A stretch of 64,000 nt of DNA from positions 85,250,001-85,314,000 of the forward strand of contig OX597821.1 of assembly GCA_951406725.2 (NCBI GenBank), in the 5' to 3' direction. The position numbers were made by a program, and so were the translations under genes. Positions 38,540 through 52,799 of this stretch are shown piece after piece (the first letter of the stretch is position 1; every line of letters begins with the position of its first letter). Source of the DNA: Octopus vulgaris. Lineage: Eukaryota. Under the pieces are notes generated by a model. That model saw nothing but the letters and a program-made list of their open reading frames with translations. It searched no databases and had not been told where the DNA came from.

Positions 38540-38751
38540 CAGTTATCCCACACCATATTGCGGTTCACCTATCATGGTTTATTATTTAATCTTACGTTGA
38601 TTCCTCTCTGGTAATGCTTTGCATTTATGATAAAATAAATATATACAAATTATAAAAATAATTGAAAAAATATATAGTTTCTTCTTTGGATTTTCACCCA
38701 TTGCCGGGATGGGGGTGGAACGTAACACCCGCAATAGTCAAGAGATTACTG
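38540..38751. mobile_element. pogo/Tigger-type MITE
   Basis: TA-cagttatccc...gagattactg-TA. Confidence 0.7.
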
Positions 38752-39799
38752 TAATACCAAAAGTAAGATTTAATATTTTTGCATGGAATTTTTGGCTGTA
38801 TTCACTCTCTTCACTACAACCCATTGAGTCTCAAACACTGTAACAGATATATACAGATATATATATTATGAATCTTCTTATAAGTTTCTGCATTACACTA
38901 GCTTCAATTTTATCAGTTGTTCCAGTTGTACAAACTGGTGGGATGTCCATGACTGGAATGTTTTTTTTTTTTTATTGGTCAGTTCAATTAGGGTTGACCA
39001 GGTGTTAAACACCTAGCTGTTAATTTCAAAATTCTTCATTATTGGACATGTCTATTTAAGTGTGATGGCATAGAAGTGGTACTGTATAAATGTGTGTGTG
39101 TTTGCATAGGTATGTATGTGTTTGAAGAGAAAATGTTTTTGAATTATGACAAATCCATATTGAACAGCATAATTGAAAGATTAGAGAATTTAAGAAGTTG
39201 ATATCATCGACAACAGACATGGTATGGTTATTGATAAAGCTACAGGTGTAGGGGATTAGTTCAAGCCAGAAAGGTATCAATATGGAGCTTACTTGGCATT
39301 GACTTCATGGGTTTTGAAAACTAATGGCTATTTTTGTATGTGCACATATGTGTGACTACATAAAAGATGTGTCTTATAAGAGTTCCCATATTTCTTGAGT
39401 CATTTAGGAATTTAAAGTCTGGCAATGTAGTTGAGTGTCATTAAGTGAAGTGCCATTAGAGTTAGTGATAATATAATGACTTGTTGATTACTCACTCATT
39501 GCTTTTGTTCCTTTCTATTTGTCACATATTGCCATTTCATTACTTCTCCATTGCTGTTTTACTCATTTGTTTGGGTTTGACACCTATTGTTGTTGTTGTT
39601 GTTGTTGTTTGTTAAATGTTTATGTATGTACTTATTTATAATTTAGCTATTACTAATTAGAAATTTTATACAGTACTTTATTAATGTTTCAAATGGTACA
39701 ATCTAATTCTGTCATACAATATTTTAATTGCTTTTTCTAGGTCAGAATTACTGTCTTAATCATAGTTTCATTAGTGTCGTATAGTTATTGCAGACCAGT

Positions 39800-40240
39800 T
39801 CATATTCTGTTACCCAATGCTCCTGTAGGTCCCATAAGCACAACACACTAGTTTCAGTAGATCAGTCCATGTAGTTGTAAACATGTTGTTCCATGGATGA
39901 GTTAGCTCATTGTTGAGAAACTCAGCGGCAGTATGTAATTGTTGAGGGTTCTAGCAAAATCCTCCCTTGGGCATAACTTGGTGCAGTACAGGCTACACCA
40001 GACTGTTATACTTACTCAAAAGGGATTATGGTAGTCACTTGCTGGCCTTGTAAATCCATTTTAGGTTTGTTCTTGAACTTAATCATTACATTAAACTGTA
40101 AATTCCACCCACTCACTTTCTACTTTCTCTCCTTTGTTGATGTAACTCTTAACTTGGGTCATACAGGATGGTGAAAGGGTAAGTCAATCTGGCCAGAATT
40201 TTCACTCCAGAACTCTGGTCTCAAATTTACTTGTGCAAGT
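39800..40240 (-). pseudogene. Possible highly decayed CR1/L2-type RT relic
   Basis: Minus-strand fragments VLGVKI and SLV*PVL resemble LGV.I and SLVRP.L motifs. Confidence 0.3.
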
Positions 40241-40604
40241 ATCATACTTGTCTCACAACATGTCTTAATACTCCTTAATACTCTAAGCACTTTGCACTAT
40301 TAATGTACAACTGAAAAATAGAACATGAATGCTGTTTAAGCATTTGCATTGCTAAATATAATTTAATAGTAGACATTGTACTGTTACTGTGATATTAGAG
40401 TCATGGAGAATTGGGAAATGTTAAGTGATATGCTTTTCTCAATTAAGTTAATTATATTTCTATGGTTTAAACCCAACGGAGGTTGTTTCAAGGAATAAAA
40501 AACTACTGATGTTAGAAAATCAATGTGTATGAAGTTGTTTATGGAGGAAGATGAGGAGAAACTTCCGAAAGGACTAAGTCTTAAACCTTGATCTGCAGTT
40601 CCAG

Positions 40605-40634
<30 letters not shown>

Positions 40635-40640
<6 letters not shown>

Positions 40641-40920
40641 TAAGGGTAAAAAATTGATATTAATTAGATTAATATCAATTTAAACCAGTGGCTTAGCATA
40701 TTGAAAAAAATCTGAAGATTCAGAAAATTATATTACATACATATAAGAGGAATGACCACTAGGTGGACTCCTAACATGCTAAATGTAGACCCCCATATGA
40801 TCTGACCACTAAGAAAAATTGTTCTCAAGGAAATTCAGCAAACGCCAGAACATAAACGGGGTCTACATTTAGCATATTAGGAGTCCACCTAGTGGTCATT
40901 CCTCTTATATGTATGTATGT
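40635..40920. mobile_element. (TA)n-embedded element with 14-bp terminal hairpin and 60-bp inverted repeat
   Basis: Hairpin 40651-40681; arms 40734-40793 / 40858-40917 with one mismatch. Confidence 0.75.
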
Positions 40921-41116
40921 AATATATATATATATATATATATATATCATCATCATCATCGTTTAACGTCCGTTTTCCGCGCTGGCAGAGTTTCTGAGGC
41001 TGGATGCCCTTCCTAACGCCAACCACTCTGCGAGTGTAGTGGGTGCTTTTTACGTGCCACCTGCACAGTATATATATATATATATAAAACTAGCTACCTT
41101 TATTATTACCAGCAGA

Positions 41117-41310
41117 AGGCAGTGAGCTGGCAGAATCATTATCACGCTGGACGAAATGCTTAGCAGTATTTCACCCATTGCTATGTTCTGAGTTCATATC
41201 CTGCCAGGGTTGATAAAATAAGTACCAGTTGACAACAGGGGTCAATGTAATCGACTCATCTGCACCTCCCCCAAGCTGTCCTTGTGGCAAAAATTTGAAA
41301 TAATTATTAT
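41117..41310 (+). mobile_element. Family B SINE, internally deleted
   Basis: ggcagtgagctggcagaatc...gataaaataagtaccag. Confidence 0.8.
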
Positions 41311-41422
41311 TACCAGCAGAAACACTTGGGGTAGTGTTTATGCTAGTAATACTAATGTTTATGCTCATAATAATAATGATATCACTTTACTGTGTGTATA
41401 GTCTAATTAGTTTATTTATAAA

Positions 41423-41750
41423 CTAGCATTATCGCCCGGCGTTGCTCGGGTTTGTAAGGGAAATAACTATATAAGCATTTTTAGAGTTATAGCCAAAAAA
41501 CAGCAAAAAAATGCATTAAAAATGGGCAAAAAATTATGGTAAATTTTTTTTAAATCGTTGACTCATCGTAGACATTTTTAGAGAGTTACTTCCCTTATAT
41601 AATAGCGAAAAAATGCATTAAAATGGAAAAAAATGATGGTAAATTTTTTTTTAAATCATAGACTCATCGATATGAATCACGACTATAAGATACCCGCTTT
41701 TGGTTAAACTGCACCGCAAAATGTGGGAGTAGTTAGGAATCTAAATCTAA
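41423..41750 (-). mobile_element. Non-autonomous Helitron 3' portion
   Basis: Minus strand ends cccgagcaacgccgggc hairpin followed by CTAG|T; internal tandem duplication; cut by an A SINE. Confidence 0.75.
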
Positions 41751-42150
41751 GGCGCAGGAGTGGCTGTGTGGTAAGTAGCTTGCTAACCAACCACATGGTT
41801 CTGGGTTCAATCCCACTGCGTGGCATCTTGGGCAAGTGTCTTCTGCTATAGCCCCGGGCCGACCAATGCCTTGTGAGTGGATTTGGTAGACGGAAACTGA
41901 AAGAAGCCTGTCGTATATATGTATGTGTGTGTGTGTTTGTGTGTCTGTGTTTGTCCCCCTAGCATTGCTTGACAACCGATGCTGGTGTGTGTTTACGTCC
42001 CCGTCACTTAGCGGTTTGGCAAAAGAGACCGATAGAATAAGTACTAGGCTTACAAAGAATAAGTCCCGGGGTCGATTTGCTTAACTAAAGGCGGTGCTCC
42101 AGCATGGCCGCAGTCAAATGACTGAAACAAGTAAAAGAGAGAGAGAGAGA
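41751..42150 (+). mobile_element. Family A SINE, young
   Basis: ggcgcaggagtggctgtgtggtaag...ggttcaatccc...gtaaaagagagag. Confidence 0.93.
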
Positions 42151-42289
42151 GTAGGAGACAGACAGCACACAACCTCACTTTTATATATAAAGATGTCCTT
42201 CAGTGTTTTTTTTTTTCTTTTTACTTATATCATTTCATTTGAATGTTTTCAATACTTCTTATATTACTATCGTTATTATCTACATTATT

Positions 42290-42495
42290 CCTCATGTGAT
42301 TCGACTAAGGAGCTATCAGCAGTATTTGATTTTGCTTGAAATAACAACCAAATCTCTCAAATCAACTCTTTACTCAATTAAAAATGGAATGACACATCAA
42401 TTCTAGATATACAAAAAGATGGAATCATCATGCCTGAATGCCTTTGGTTATAGGTCTGCTTCATTGTGGTTGCCCTGTGTTAACAACAACAACAT
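42290..42495 (+). mobile_element. Family D old repeat with (AAC)n tail
   Basis: gaatgcctttggttataggtctgct...taacaacaacaac. Confidence 0.65.
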
Positions 42496-43098
42496 TGATC
42501 CCCCCCACTTTTGTGAGAAATCAACAGTCTATTGGCTAGTATTACATTTCAGTACAACTGGTCAACTTGTTTGCTTACCAACGTTATGATTTTTACTATC
42601 TTTCAATATAATCATCATTACTGACCTTGTGCCAAGATTTGAAATCGATTTTACCTCCATTAATAACTTTGATCTCTCCTTCAAATCTATATTCTATATT
42701 TACTTTCTAAATTTGGCATCCCCATTATTGCAGCATCTCACCTCTAAATTTTGAAGGCACAGTCACAATGATTAAATTCATAGATTTTAAGTATTTTTAA
42801 TGATAAATTTGTGTTTCTGTTTTTTTTTCTTCTGATTGCAACTTATTAACAGGTATGAACTACGTCACTTATAATTCAAAAGGTAAATTATCTCGTTTAT
42901 ATATATATGTACTTTGGTGTTCGCAGCTTTTGTTTCAACCTTATATTCGGGCTTTGGTTAAAACTTTGAGAAATAAACCACCAACAGATATTATTACGCA
43001 TCCTACCCAGAAAAGTTGGAACTTACACCTGTGCTTTTGTAAAGAAACTAAAAAACATTGTTCCTTTCATCCATGAGGTGAAGGTACTAGCCTACTAA

Positions 43099-43340
43099 CA
43101 TCATCATCATTTAATGTCCATTGTCCATTCTGACATGGGTTGGACGGTTTGACTGAGCTGAAAGGCTGCACCAGATTCCAGTCTGATTTGGCATAGTTTT
43201 CTATGGCTGGATGCTCTTCCTAATGCCAACCACTCCAAGAGTGTAATGGCTTCTTTTACTTGTCATTTGCATGACACTGGGGGGGGGGGCATTTACCTGC
43301 CATCAGCACAAGTGCCAATTTGTGTGACACCATGCAGTAT
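43099..43340 (-). mobile_element. Family C retroposon
   Basis: Tail and body match 10096. Confidence 0.8.
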
Positions 43341-45056
43341 CTGTGCAGTTACTCATCCCACTATAAATAGTTGCCAAGTCGCCATCAGAATACACTCTGT
43401 TATCTTAAAACTAGAAGGTCACATTGGATAATGTATTCCTAGCTTGTTGGTTTTGAGAAGACTTGGTGGTCATGACTAAATTTGCTTTGTTCATATATCA
43501 GCTCTGAGACTTCTCCTGGGGCTAAAATGACAACAAAACAGGCTCTACTTTAACTTCATGGATGGGTTGGTCACAGAAGGAAGCATTAGATGGCTGTATA
43601 AAACCACCAAAAAAAAAATGAAGGTCCAAGATATCTTGATTCCACTCATGCAAGCCTGGGAAAATGAATAAAACAACAATCTAAAATAAATTTATGCTGT
43701 CAATTTTAATTCTTTATCAAACCATAATTGTTTGTTGAACTGTTAGATTCTTGATTTAATTATATAATCTATCTTCACTTAGGACTGAATTGATGATAGG
43801 TTTTCAAATATTTAATTGAGTTTTCCAACTTACCAACTTCATCTGGAGATCAAACTGACAGATCTTATAGTTATTTCCATTCATCATCATTTCAACTACC
43901 TGTGTGTGTTTTTTTTTTTTATGTTCTGTGTGTGGACAGTGGATTCTAAGCAATCCAAACCATCTATCCTGTGTATCACACTGTTGCATTATCTTCTAAA
44001 CTTGTTGCTGTTTGACGAACAAATTGTTTCAGTTATTTATTTCACTAATTGCATGAAATATTTTCTTCCTTGTACAATCACTTATGGTGATGGCTTGTTT
44101 TGTGTGCCAATTCCTCTATCCTTCTGTATTCTACACAATACGAGAGCATTTCTCTCATCAAATCTAATGTTCTGTGTGATCTCTTGTTTTCTCTTATATC
44201 TGAAGGACTCTATTGGATCTTCTTTATCTGTTTATTTACAGGATCTGTTATTTTGAGATACTCTTAATATGATTAAAATCTATGAAAATTAATTGTATAA
44301 ATACTTGAATATATTTTATAATGTTGATGATTGCTTAAATATTTAATGTTAATGTACCCTGACAAAAGTAAAGTAAGGTGTCTTTTTACTGACAGATTAA
44401 CTTGTCCTTAATGCAACCTTTGAATATTTACTAAATATCTATTTTGTTGGCCCATATAAGAGAAATTCCATTAAGTTTTGTAGTACCTCAAAAGTTTTCA
44501 ATTCCTACTGACATTGACATTTTCTTTGATCCTGAAGTATTCATAGATACCAGTATTATACTGAGGTCAATCCAATTATATTACAGAATTAATCTAGTGC
44601 TTCTAGAAAGATTATGTAGCTTTAACTTTGGTATTGAAGAGTAAATCTCATAGAATGGATAAATGACATCAGCGGCTAATTTACCGTTGTATAACCACAA
44701 TCAGTTCTAGTTAACTAGGATTAGTTCATCAAGCACTGGGCACACGTGTAAATATGTTCTTAGTTTGGGAACAAATGGACTCTTGTGACAGATATTGTAT
44801 GGTCTTTGGGGGAGATGAGTAATTAAACACTCACAAGGTTAATAACAGCCAAAGAAGTGTGTATGTGATTTTTTTTTTATCCTTTTCAATATATTTTTCA
44901 AGATTGAGTTATGTACTGTTTATTATCAGTAGCAAAATCACATAATAGGGAGCTAGAACAAGAGTTTTACTGACTGGAATCGCAGTTATCTCTCTCTCTT
45001 TCTCTCTCTCCATATATATATATATACACACACACACATATATATACATCCATACA

Positions 45057-45349
45057 CAGTGGCGAACTGGGTCTAAAAATATTGGTTGTCAGGAGACTAA
45101 GGGGGCCCATCTGCAACTACAATGCTATCATTTAATTTTCTTTTTTATTAAAAGTGCTCTTTTCAACTGTCTACAAACACAGCCAGGCTGAAATAATTAG
45201 CACATTCTTCCAGGAGTGAATAAAAAAAATTCTCAATCTTGAGGGGTTGCACCCCTTAGATACTGACATGGGCCCCCATATATGGATTCTAATGGTGCAG
45301 GGACCCACTTGCCGTTGGGCAAGCGGGCAACCGGGCCAGTCCACCACTG
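45057..45349. mobile_element. MITE, probably hAT superfamily, inside a microsatellite
   Basis: TIR cagtggcgaactgg / ccagtccaccactg; TSD not resolvable. Confidence 0.7.
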
Positions 45350-45404
<55 letters not shown>

Positions 45405-47066
45405 ATCATCATCATCATCCATCTTCCATGCTAGCATGGGTGGGACTTAAAATAATAATATATATATATACACACACAGATCAAGATCTGACTACAGAAT
45501 ATGGATTAAGAGACAGATTTCCAATCAAGCAGTATTGGATTCAATAAGAAATGTTGATATTTAAAGTTCCAACTACAGAAAACACATTTTACTGTGCTTT
45601 TCAAAAGAACACATTATTCTTTTATACTGCCAGATTTGACTGGGCCTGATGAAGCCTTCTGGCTTCAGACCCCAGTAGAACCGTCCAACCCATGCTAGCA
45701 TGGAAAACGGACGCTAAACGATGATGATGATGATGATGACTAAACTTATCTGTCATTTGTTGTTTCTTGTCCCCCAGAACAGTTCTGATGGAGCTGATAT
45801 ATGATCAGTGGCAATCCAACCATACCTTTCTCAACATTTTATAGATTTAAGACTGTATTGATCAGTGTGTCTTTTTTAAGCTGGTAACATGCCATGGAAG
45901 GGGATTTGGCTGCTATTTTTACCAGGTCAAGTGAACATGTCGTAGATGCTCCCTCTTTTGTTCTCTTCTGTTAAATTACTAGCTTGTTGATCTTTGTTTA
46001 TCTTGACAGAAGAGATTTTATCACATTGCTCTGATCAAAGTACTTTTATATTATCTAGTATTTCAACAACAGTCTGCTGATATTTTTGTAGCTCATTTAA
46101 GAGTTGTAGAAATGATAGTGCCTGAGTATACCTTTGCAGTATTCCTTTTTAGGCTCTGCACTTGAATCAATCTTTTCAAAGTTGACTTTGCTTCTCAGCC
46201 ATATGAGAAGCGGGATTTCAATAAAAATAAGTATCAGTTTAATACTGGGGTTGATTAAATTGAATGCACTTCTGCTTGAATATACATATGCCTTTTTAGA
46301 AATTACTTCTACCAAGTTAGAAATTTTCTAAATAAAAATTTTACAATCTTTGTATAGTAAATTTATCTTAAGTGTAAAAAGAGGTGTGCAGTGGGAAGAG
46401 TATATGGAGATATTTTTGATCTTGTTTTATAAATTTTGATAAAATAATGACAGTCATGTGACAGCTAGTTATCAAAACACTGTCTCAACTAAAAGGTCAT
46501 TGTGTTTCTGATTAACTCAGTAGCTGATGTGGGCATATGTATATGTGTGTGTGCTTGTACCCACAAATATAGCTTGGTGATTTGAGAATTCATTTCATAA
46601 CCACATGGTTCTAGGTTTGGTCTTGAACCTTAAGCAAGTGTCTTCTACTATAACCTTGAGTTGGCCATTGCTTTGTGCAATGAAATTGTGCAGAAGCCCC
46701 TTGTTTATATCTTCTTGTGAAAAAAAACACTTTAAAAAAGAGAATGACATATAACAACTGAACAATTGTGAGAATCTGGTTGGCAAATGAAGCAGAGACA
46801 ATTTAGGGTTTAAAAGGACTCTTTAGCTTTATCAAGAGCAAGTCAATCTTTATAGTGCTGGTTTAAGGAAAAATGCACCCAGTACTATTTGTGAAGTGGT
46901 TGGCAGTAGTAAGGATATTCGGCTGTTGGAACAGCCAAAATCAAGATCTTGGTGCAAGACGTGGTCCTCCTGCCTATTGGATCTTGTTGAACTGTCCAAC
47001 CCATGCCATCATGGAAAGCAGTTGTTATGATGATGGTATATTATTATTATTATTATTATTATTATT

Positions 47067-47336
47067 CATCAGCAGCAGGAAGAGACGTAAACAAGAGACT
47101 ATGGCACTACAACCAGCCAGGAACAGTCTTCGCTACATTTGCGGTACCTGCCAGAGGGAGTGTTTGTCCAGGATAGGACTACACAGCCACAGCAGGAAAT
47201 GTATCAGGACATGAAATATAAAAGCCGGACTAGACTACTAAAAAAAAACCAAAAAGAAAAAAAAACACAAAAAAAACAAAAAAACATGCGCAACTCCATT
47301 GTCTCCCGAGACAGAAAGGATGCCAATACAATACAA
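47067..47336 (+). mobile_element. RTE (BovB-like) LINE 3' end inserted in (ATT)n
   Basis: YICGTCQRECLSRIGLHSHSRKC zinc finger, stop, 3'UTR ccattgtctcccgagacagaaaggatgcc and (aatac)n tail. Confidence 0.9.
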
Positions 47337-48809
47337 TTATTATTATTATTATTATCATATATATATTTGGTAACAGGACTATTTCCTTTTTGATATCTTT
47401 TGCATAGTGAGCAATTTCTGATCTTATTTCAGACTTTGTTTTATTATGGTTATGGCAGCTGTTATAGAATTCTGTTAAATATTCAAGTTGCTTTAGAATC
47501 CTGATTGGAAAAGTTATTGCATTAATGTGCTTATAAAAGTTTGAAACACCACATCTTACCATTTATCTCCTTATGTTCAATTAGAAATACATTATTCTAT
47601 CAAGTTGGGCAGGTTTGGAATAATGGAGAAAATAAAATTGCTATTCACTTACATGTCATAATTGTAGTGACTTTCCTTATGCCTTCAATATTACTTTCTA
47701 CTCATATGTTTTCAACATTAGGGCTTCTGAATTTCTCTTTTCATTCATAATGCTGACAGTTTATGTATTATTAAGAAACCTTTACTTTTATCAAGATGCT
47801 ACTACAGTGAATTTAGCATAGACTGCAGACATTCAGATTAGATGTTCTGTTGTATCTTCCTTGCTAGCATGTAGTTCTGAGATATTTCAATGTAGCTTTT
47901 TATTTATCCAGGTCAGTAAAGTTAAGTTGATCAAGTTGGGTAATAAACCACTGAACATGCTACCCAGTTCAACACCACCACCACTGACTGGCTTTTGGTG
48001 TCTTTAGCAGTATTCACTCTATTGCAAGCACTCTGCCACTTTTTTTTTCTATAAGCGTTGATCTACAACTGGCATCAGCTGCATCAATTAGCAACTTAGA
48101 AGGGCTTGCTAAGGGCATGTGCACTGCTTCTCCATTCCTAACTTACTAGCTTCCTTGAGCCAGTAAACTAGTAAACTATATGCTGAATGAAACCTTTTCA
48201 TTAAAGCTGATATTTTACGTCACCTAAGTCTCCATGCATTCTAGGATTAAAGGATTCTTCATTAAGTATTTCATTTGCTTTTGTGAGAAGCTGAACTTTA
48301 AAATGTGGTAATTAGGGTATACACAGTGTTGTGCTTTGGGGAGATTGACTACATTATTTCATTGGAGACATATTTATTGTTGTGTTGCCTGAGGTCAGCC
48401 TTGGATGGGGTGGGGGTGCACATAGAGAAATTTGTTCAATATGCTGGTATAATTTGAAGAAGGTTTGGTTGCTGTTTTTGGTGATGAAAAGAATAGTGAA
48501 TCTGTAGAACATTGTATGTGATGAAGTGTATAGTGAATCTGCAGACTGCTATACAAAGGTCTTCTTGATCAGAACTGATTGGAATTACCGTATAACTTCA
48601 AATGAAATCACAAATGAAACCATTTGAAATTTGATATATAAAATTTATATCATCAATTGTAGTGTAGATATTTCAAAACTTTCCTAGTCTCACCACAAAT
48701 ATCTTCAAAATACATCACTAGATGTTGATTTTTCGCTATTCTAATTTTTTAAGGCAGAACATGAATATCGAAATTGTGTATTCTCTAATAATGTTGAAGC
48801 ATTTTTGCC

Positions 48810-49007
48810 TCTTTTACTTGTTTCAGTCACTTGACTGTGGCCATGCTGGACCTCTGCCTTTAGTTGAGCAAATCGACCCCAGGACTTGTTATTTGTAAGC
48901 CTAGTACTTATTCTATCAGTCTCTTTTGCCGAACCGCTAAGATACAGGAATGTAAACACACCAGCATCGGTTATCAAGCGATGTTGTGGGGACAGACACA
49001 CAAGCAT

Positions 49008-49048
<41 letters not shown>

Positions 49049-49228
49049 CATACATACATACACGACAGGCTTCTTTCAGTTTCCGTCTACCAAATCCATT
49101 CACAAGGCTTTGGTCAGCCCGAAGCTATAGTAGAAGACACTTGCCCAAGGTGCCACACAGTGGGACTGAACCCGGAACCATGTGGTTGGTAAACAAGCTA
49201 CTTACCACACAGCCACTCCTATGCCTAC
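48810..49228 (-). mobile_element. Family A SINE
   Basis: Full-length match. Confidence 0.92.
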
Positions 49229-49713
49229 GTAAAAATAAAATTGATATCCAATTGCAAACATGTTTTCAGCTGATTGTGCGTAGGTGTGTAAGCATTGTAA
49301 AACTTAGAATTTTCTAAACAGATAATTGCATATCTTTGCACTATGAAATTGAGTAAATATCTAAGTTTCAACTAGTAACATATGTTACCTTGCATAGTCA
49401 TTCAAACTATGTCTCCAAATAATACTGACTTGTTTCATTTTGTAGCTCTCTCTCTCTTTACTTAACATCACAACTCATTGATTTTGATCTGTGTCAAAGA
49501 GAGACTTGGGAGATGGACAGCTGGTCTGATGGTCATTTGGCATAAGCTGTATGTTATTGTCTATTGTTATTTAGACCTCTGTCAGCCCTGACTGAAGAAA
49601 TGTATAATGCAAGATATTCTACTCATGACCATCCTGTCTTCTCTTCAGGCATTGTGCATCAAGGGTCACATCATATGACAAGGTCTTAATTCTTTTAATA
49701 TTTAATAAAGTGA

Positions 49714-50035
49714 AGGCATGACTGTGTAGTTAAGAAGCTTGCTTTGCAAATACGTAGTTTCAGGTTCAGTCTTACTGTGTGACACCTTGGACAGGTGTCT
49801 TGAAACTATAGCCCTGGGTCAGCCAGTGCCTTAAGAGTGAATTTGGTAGATGGAAACAACTGTGTAGAAGCCCGCTGTGTGTGTGTGTGTGTGTCATTGT
49901 GCTTGTCCACCGGCACTGTTTGACCAGCCAGTGATGGTTTATGTTTCTATAATCTAGCAGTTCAACAAAAGAGACCAATAAAATATTTATTTTACTAAAC
50001 CCTTCAAAGCAGTGCCCCAAAACAAGTAAAAGATA
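49714..50035 (+). mobile_element. Family A SINE, old, nested in a D copy
   Basis: Diverged match; D sequence on both sides (~49560-50095). Confidence 0.7.
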
Positions 50036-50515
50036 TAAGTGGAGGGATATTTAGCTGCTAGTTTTAGCATGTTGAACAATCATTTAAAACTCCCTTCACA
50101 ACTCACATATTCTCAGTCTGGTCAGGTATTGTTTTGATGATATGTAGTCAAGGTTTCAATTGACCTCCATGATTGCAATCAGAATTGCCAGCACATTTGT
50201 GAAACTGTTTGAACACTTATCACTAATGATATATTGATCAAGACATTTCAGCTCTCTGTTGCTGACTTCCATTCCACAACATCAGTGTAATTAACTGACT
50301 ATATGGTTAATCATGCAAAATTTATACTGTTGGGATGACCTACTTGAAATAGCAACTAAATCTCTTTCATATATAACCAGGGAAGCATCGTATAATGTTC
50401 TAGATGCACTGTGTAAAAGAAAAAGAAAAAAAAGATTGTCAACTGCTAGAATACTTTCGATTGTAAGTCTCCTTGGATTAAACATTGACAACTCTTAAAT
50501 ATATGTACTCTAAAA

Positions 50516-50803
50516 CAGTGCTTTGCCAACTATCTGATGTGGCGTACCGGCATTTTTTTCCCTAATGTGTCAGGGACCGATAATATTTCTTAGTAATATT
50601 AATTTATACCGGAAATAATATATATAATGAATATAATAAAAGGTGACAATTTTTTTTTAGCTTATATTTATTTTGTAAACAAATAATGCAATATTACATA
50701 GGCATTTTATAATGTTTTTCTTTTCTGGAAACTTGCTGCATACCAGCAGCTGATGGCTCGCAGACCAGCACCGGTCCGTGAGCCACCACTTTGAGCAGCA
50801 CTG
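50516..50803. mobile_element. hAT (Charlie-type) MITE
   Basis: cagtgct...agcactg ends; TSD ctctaaaa/ctctaaga. Confidence 0.8.
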
Positions 50804-52799
50804 CTCTAAGATATACAAACTATAAGTTGTATTATTTTCAGATTCTAAAGGGCAGTGTAGGTTTTGAAGGAAAGGCAAAGGTTGATGCAGCTCAACACTA
50901 GAGTTGTCAAGTGCTGGAACAAATATTGCAAGACATCTTGTACGGTGTTCTGGTAATTCTGCTAATCTACTGTCTTGGATGAGAATCAAAGATGACCTTA
51001 GAAAAATTTGAAATCAGAGAACTGAGAGCCAGAATGGAAATATAGTGTGTGGTTTTTTCTATCTGTGTGAAAAGTAATACAATTTTCCTTGTATTACATA
51101 CAAAGTGTGAATGTTAGACTAAGGCGAATATAGAAAGGTCAAGTCTCAGAATAATCAGCCTCACTGAAGAGACAATGAAAGACTGACTAGACGAGTGGTA
51201 ATGATATATAAACATGGAAGATCTGCCCATAGCTGACATTAAGACAATGGTGTTAATGTTTCTCTTTTAAGTTTCGTTATCAAATATTCATACGAGATTT
51301 TTCATTATTGATATTTTCCGAGCTGTAGTTGTCTGGTAAGTGTCTTAGGCTGAGACCTTAACGCTGAAACTGAAGCAATTTCATCATGCTACAGTTAGTT
51401 TTCACTGTTTCAAAACACATGGAAACTTCTTTTTACTTTTTCGAGATTCAAAATTTTCATCACACATTTGTAACCTATTCACTAACAAAGTTCCACTGCT
51501 CTTGCTTGAAATGAGATGTTAAGAGAAAGAGGTTATGGGTCAGTGAGTAGTAAGTTTGAAACACTAGTAGTTGACCTGTATCACTGACCTGGTTATAGTG
51601 GTAGGAAGGAAATTTTGATACCTCAATATATATGTAAAATAGGTATAACAGTTTTACTTTGTTTTTAGATGGCTACAATGGCTCCTATATTTTCTCTGTA
51701 TAACAAATTTATTTCACTGAGAAATTATGAAATTACCCTAAAAAATAATCTGGTTACACTGATACTTCTAAAGTCAAAATAAATCACCAATCAGCTACTG
51801 AGTCAATTGATGCATCAACTACACACCTTCCATAGAAATTTGAGGCCTGGAACCAATATGGAAAAATTATCATTAGGGTGGTGTAGCAAATGAAATGGTA
51901 AGACTGCCTATGTTAGAACTAATTTTTATTGTTATTTGGGATGTGGGTCTGGTCAAGATTATATAATTAAATTGTTGTCTATGGTGCTTTACTGATACAA
52001 ATGAAGTTCATCTGGGATCAGCTTTGTCTGTCATCACATTTTTTATTTTTTGAAAATAAATTCATAGAATATTTGAGATATGAAATCTAAGGAATCAAAA
52101 AATGGGTTGCAGAGGTCAAGACAACATTTAAGGCAATAAATTGCTTGCTATGGTCTCTTGACTTCAGTTGTAAAATAATTTTAGTTTATTGCTATCTATC
52201 TTGTAAACAATCCTGAGGTGACATTCATATGTAATTTATACATCTAATAGAAAGACTGATATAGAGATAAGTAAATATTTAAAGTGGGAGGATGGATGGC
52301 AGGATAGATAATAACCAATTGCAAGAATATAACTGGATATATTTCAATGTGTGTATGAGATAAAAGACCACAGGGTGTGATGACTGTGATATAACATAAG
52401 GTATATATATATATATATATATATATAAGCAATGCTATAAAACAGTTATTCTGTAATTCAAATGCCACTGCTTTGTATGATTTTTAAGAGGATTCTTTGG
52501 GGATTGGTGAAACCACTAACTTTTATTGCTAGTGTGATATAAATTTGTAGTTAGGAATATGTCAAGATTTTGTTATTTTAAGGTTTAGTTTCCCTGTGTC
52601 ATCACCTTGATTTCTCAAGCAAATATTCAAAAGTAACAAGTATATATGTACTGATATAGGAGTATCTGTATGAGAGCTTGACAAGCTAGAAAAGCAGCTA
52701 AATCCCTGTTAACAGTTTTAGAAAGAGAAAATATCAAGTACAATGAAGCTTTATAGCCGTGTTTAGAGTGTTCATTTTCCAGTATCACTACATTCACTG

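Noticed and set aside
41751-41820. tRNA gene
   Set aside because: SINE head with A/B boxes but no full cloverleaf or terminator; continues into the repeat body.
43816-44256. 146-aa hydrophobic ORF
   Set aside because: T-rich composition artefact, non-ATG start, no recognisable domain or splice structure.
48481-48580. Two GTGATGA C boxes with a downstream CTGA
   Set aside because: Short tandem duplication; no terminal stem.
49390-49412. 11-nt match to the miR-153 5' end
   Set aside because: Remainder diverges and there is no precursor hairpin.
51160-51200. CTGAAGA..GAAA hammerhead-like motif
   Set aside because: Stem II essentially absent and stem I does not pair.
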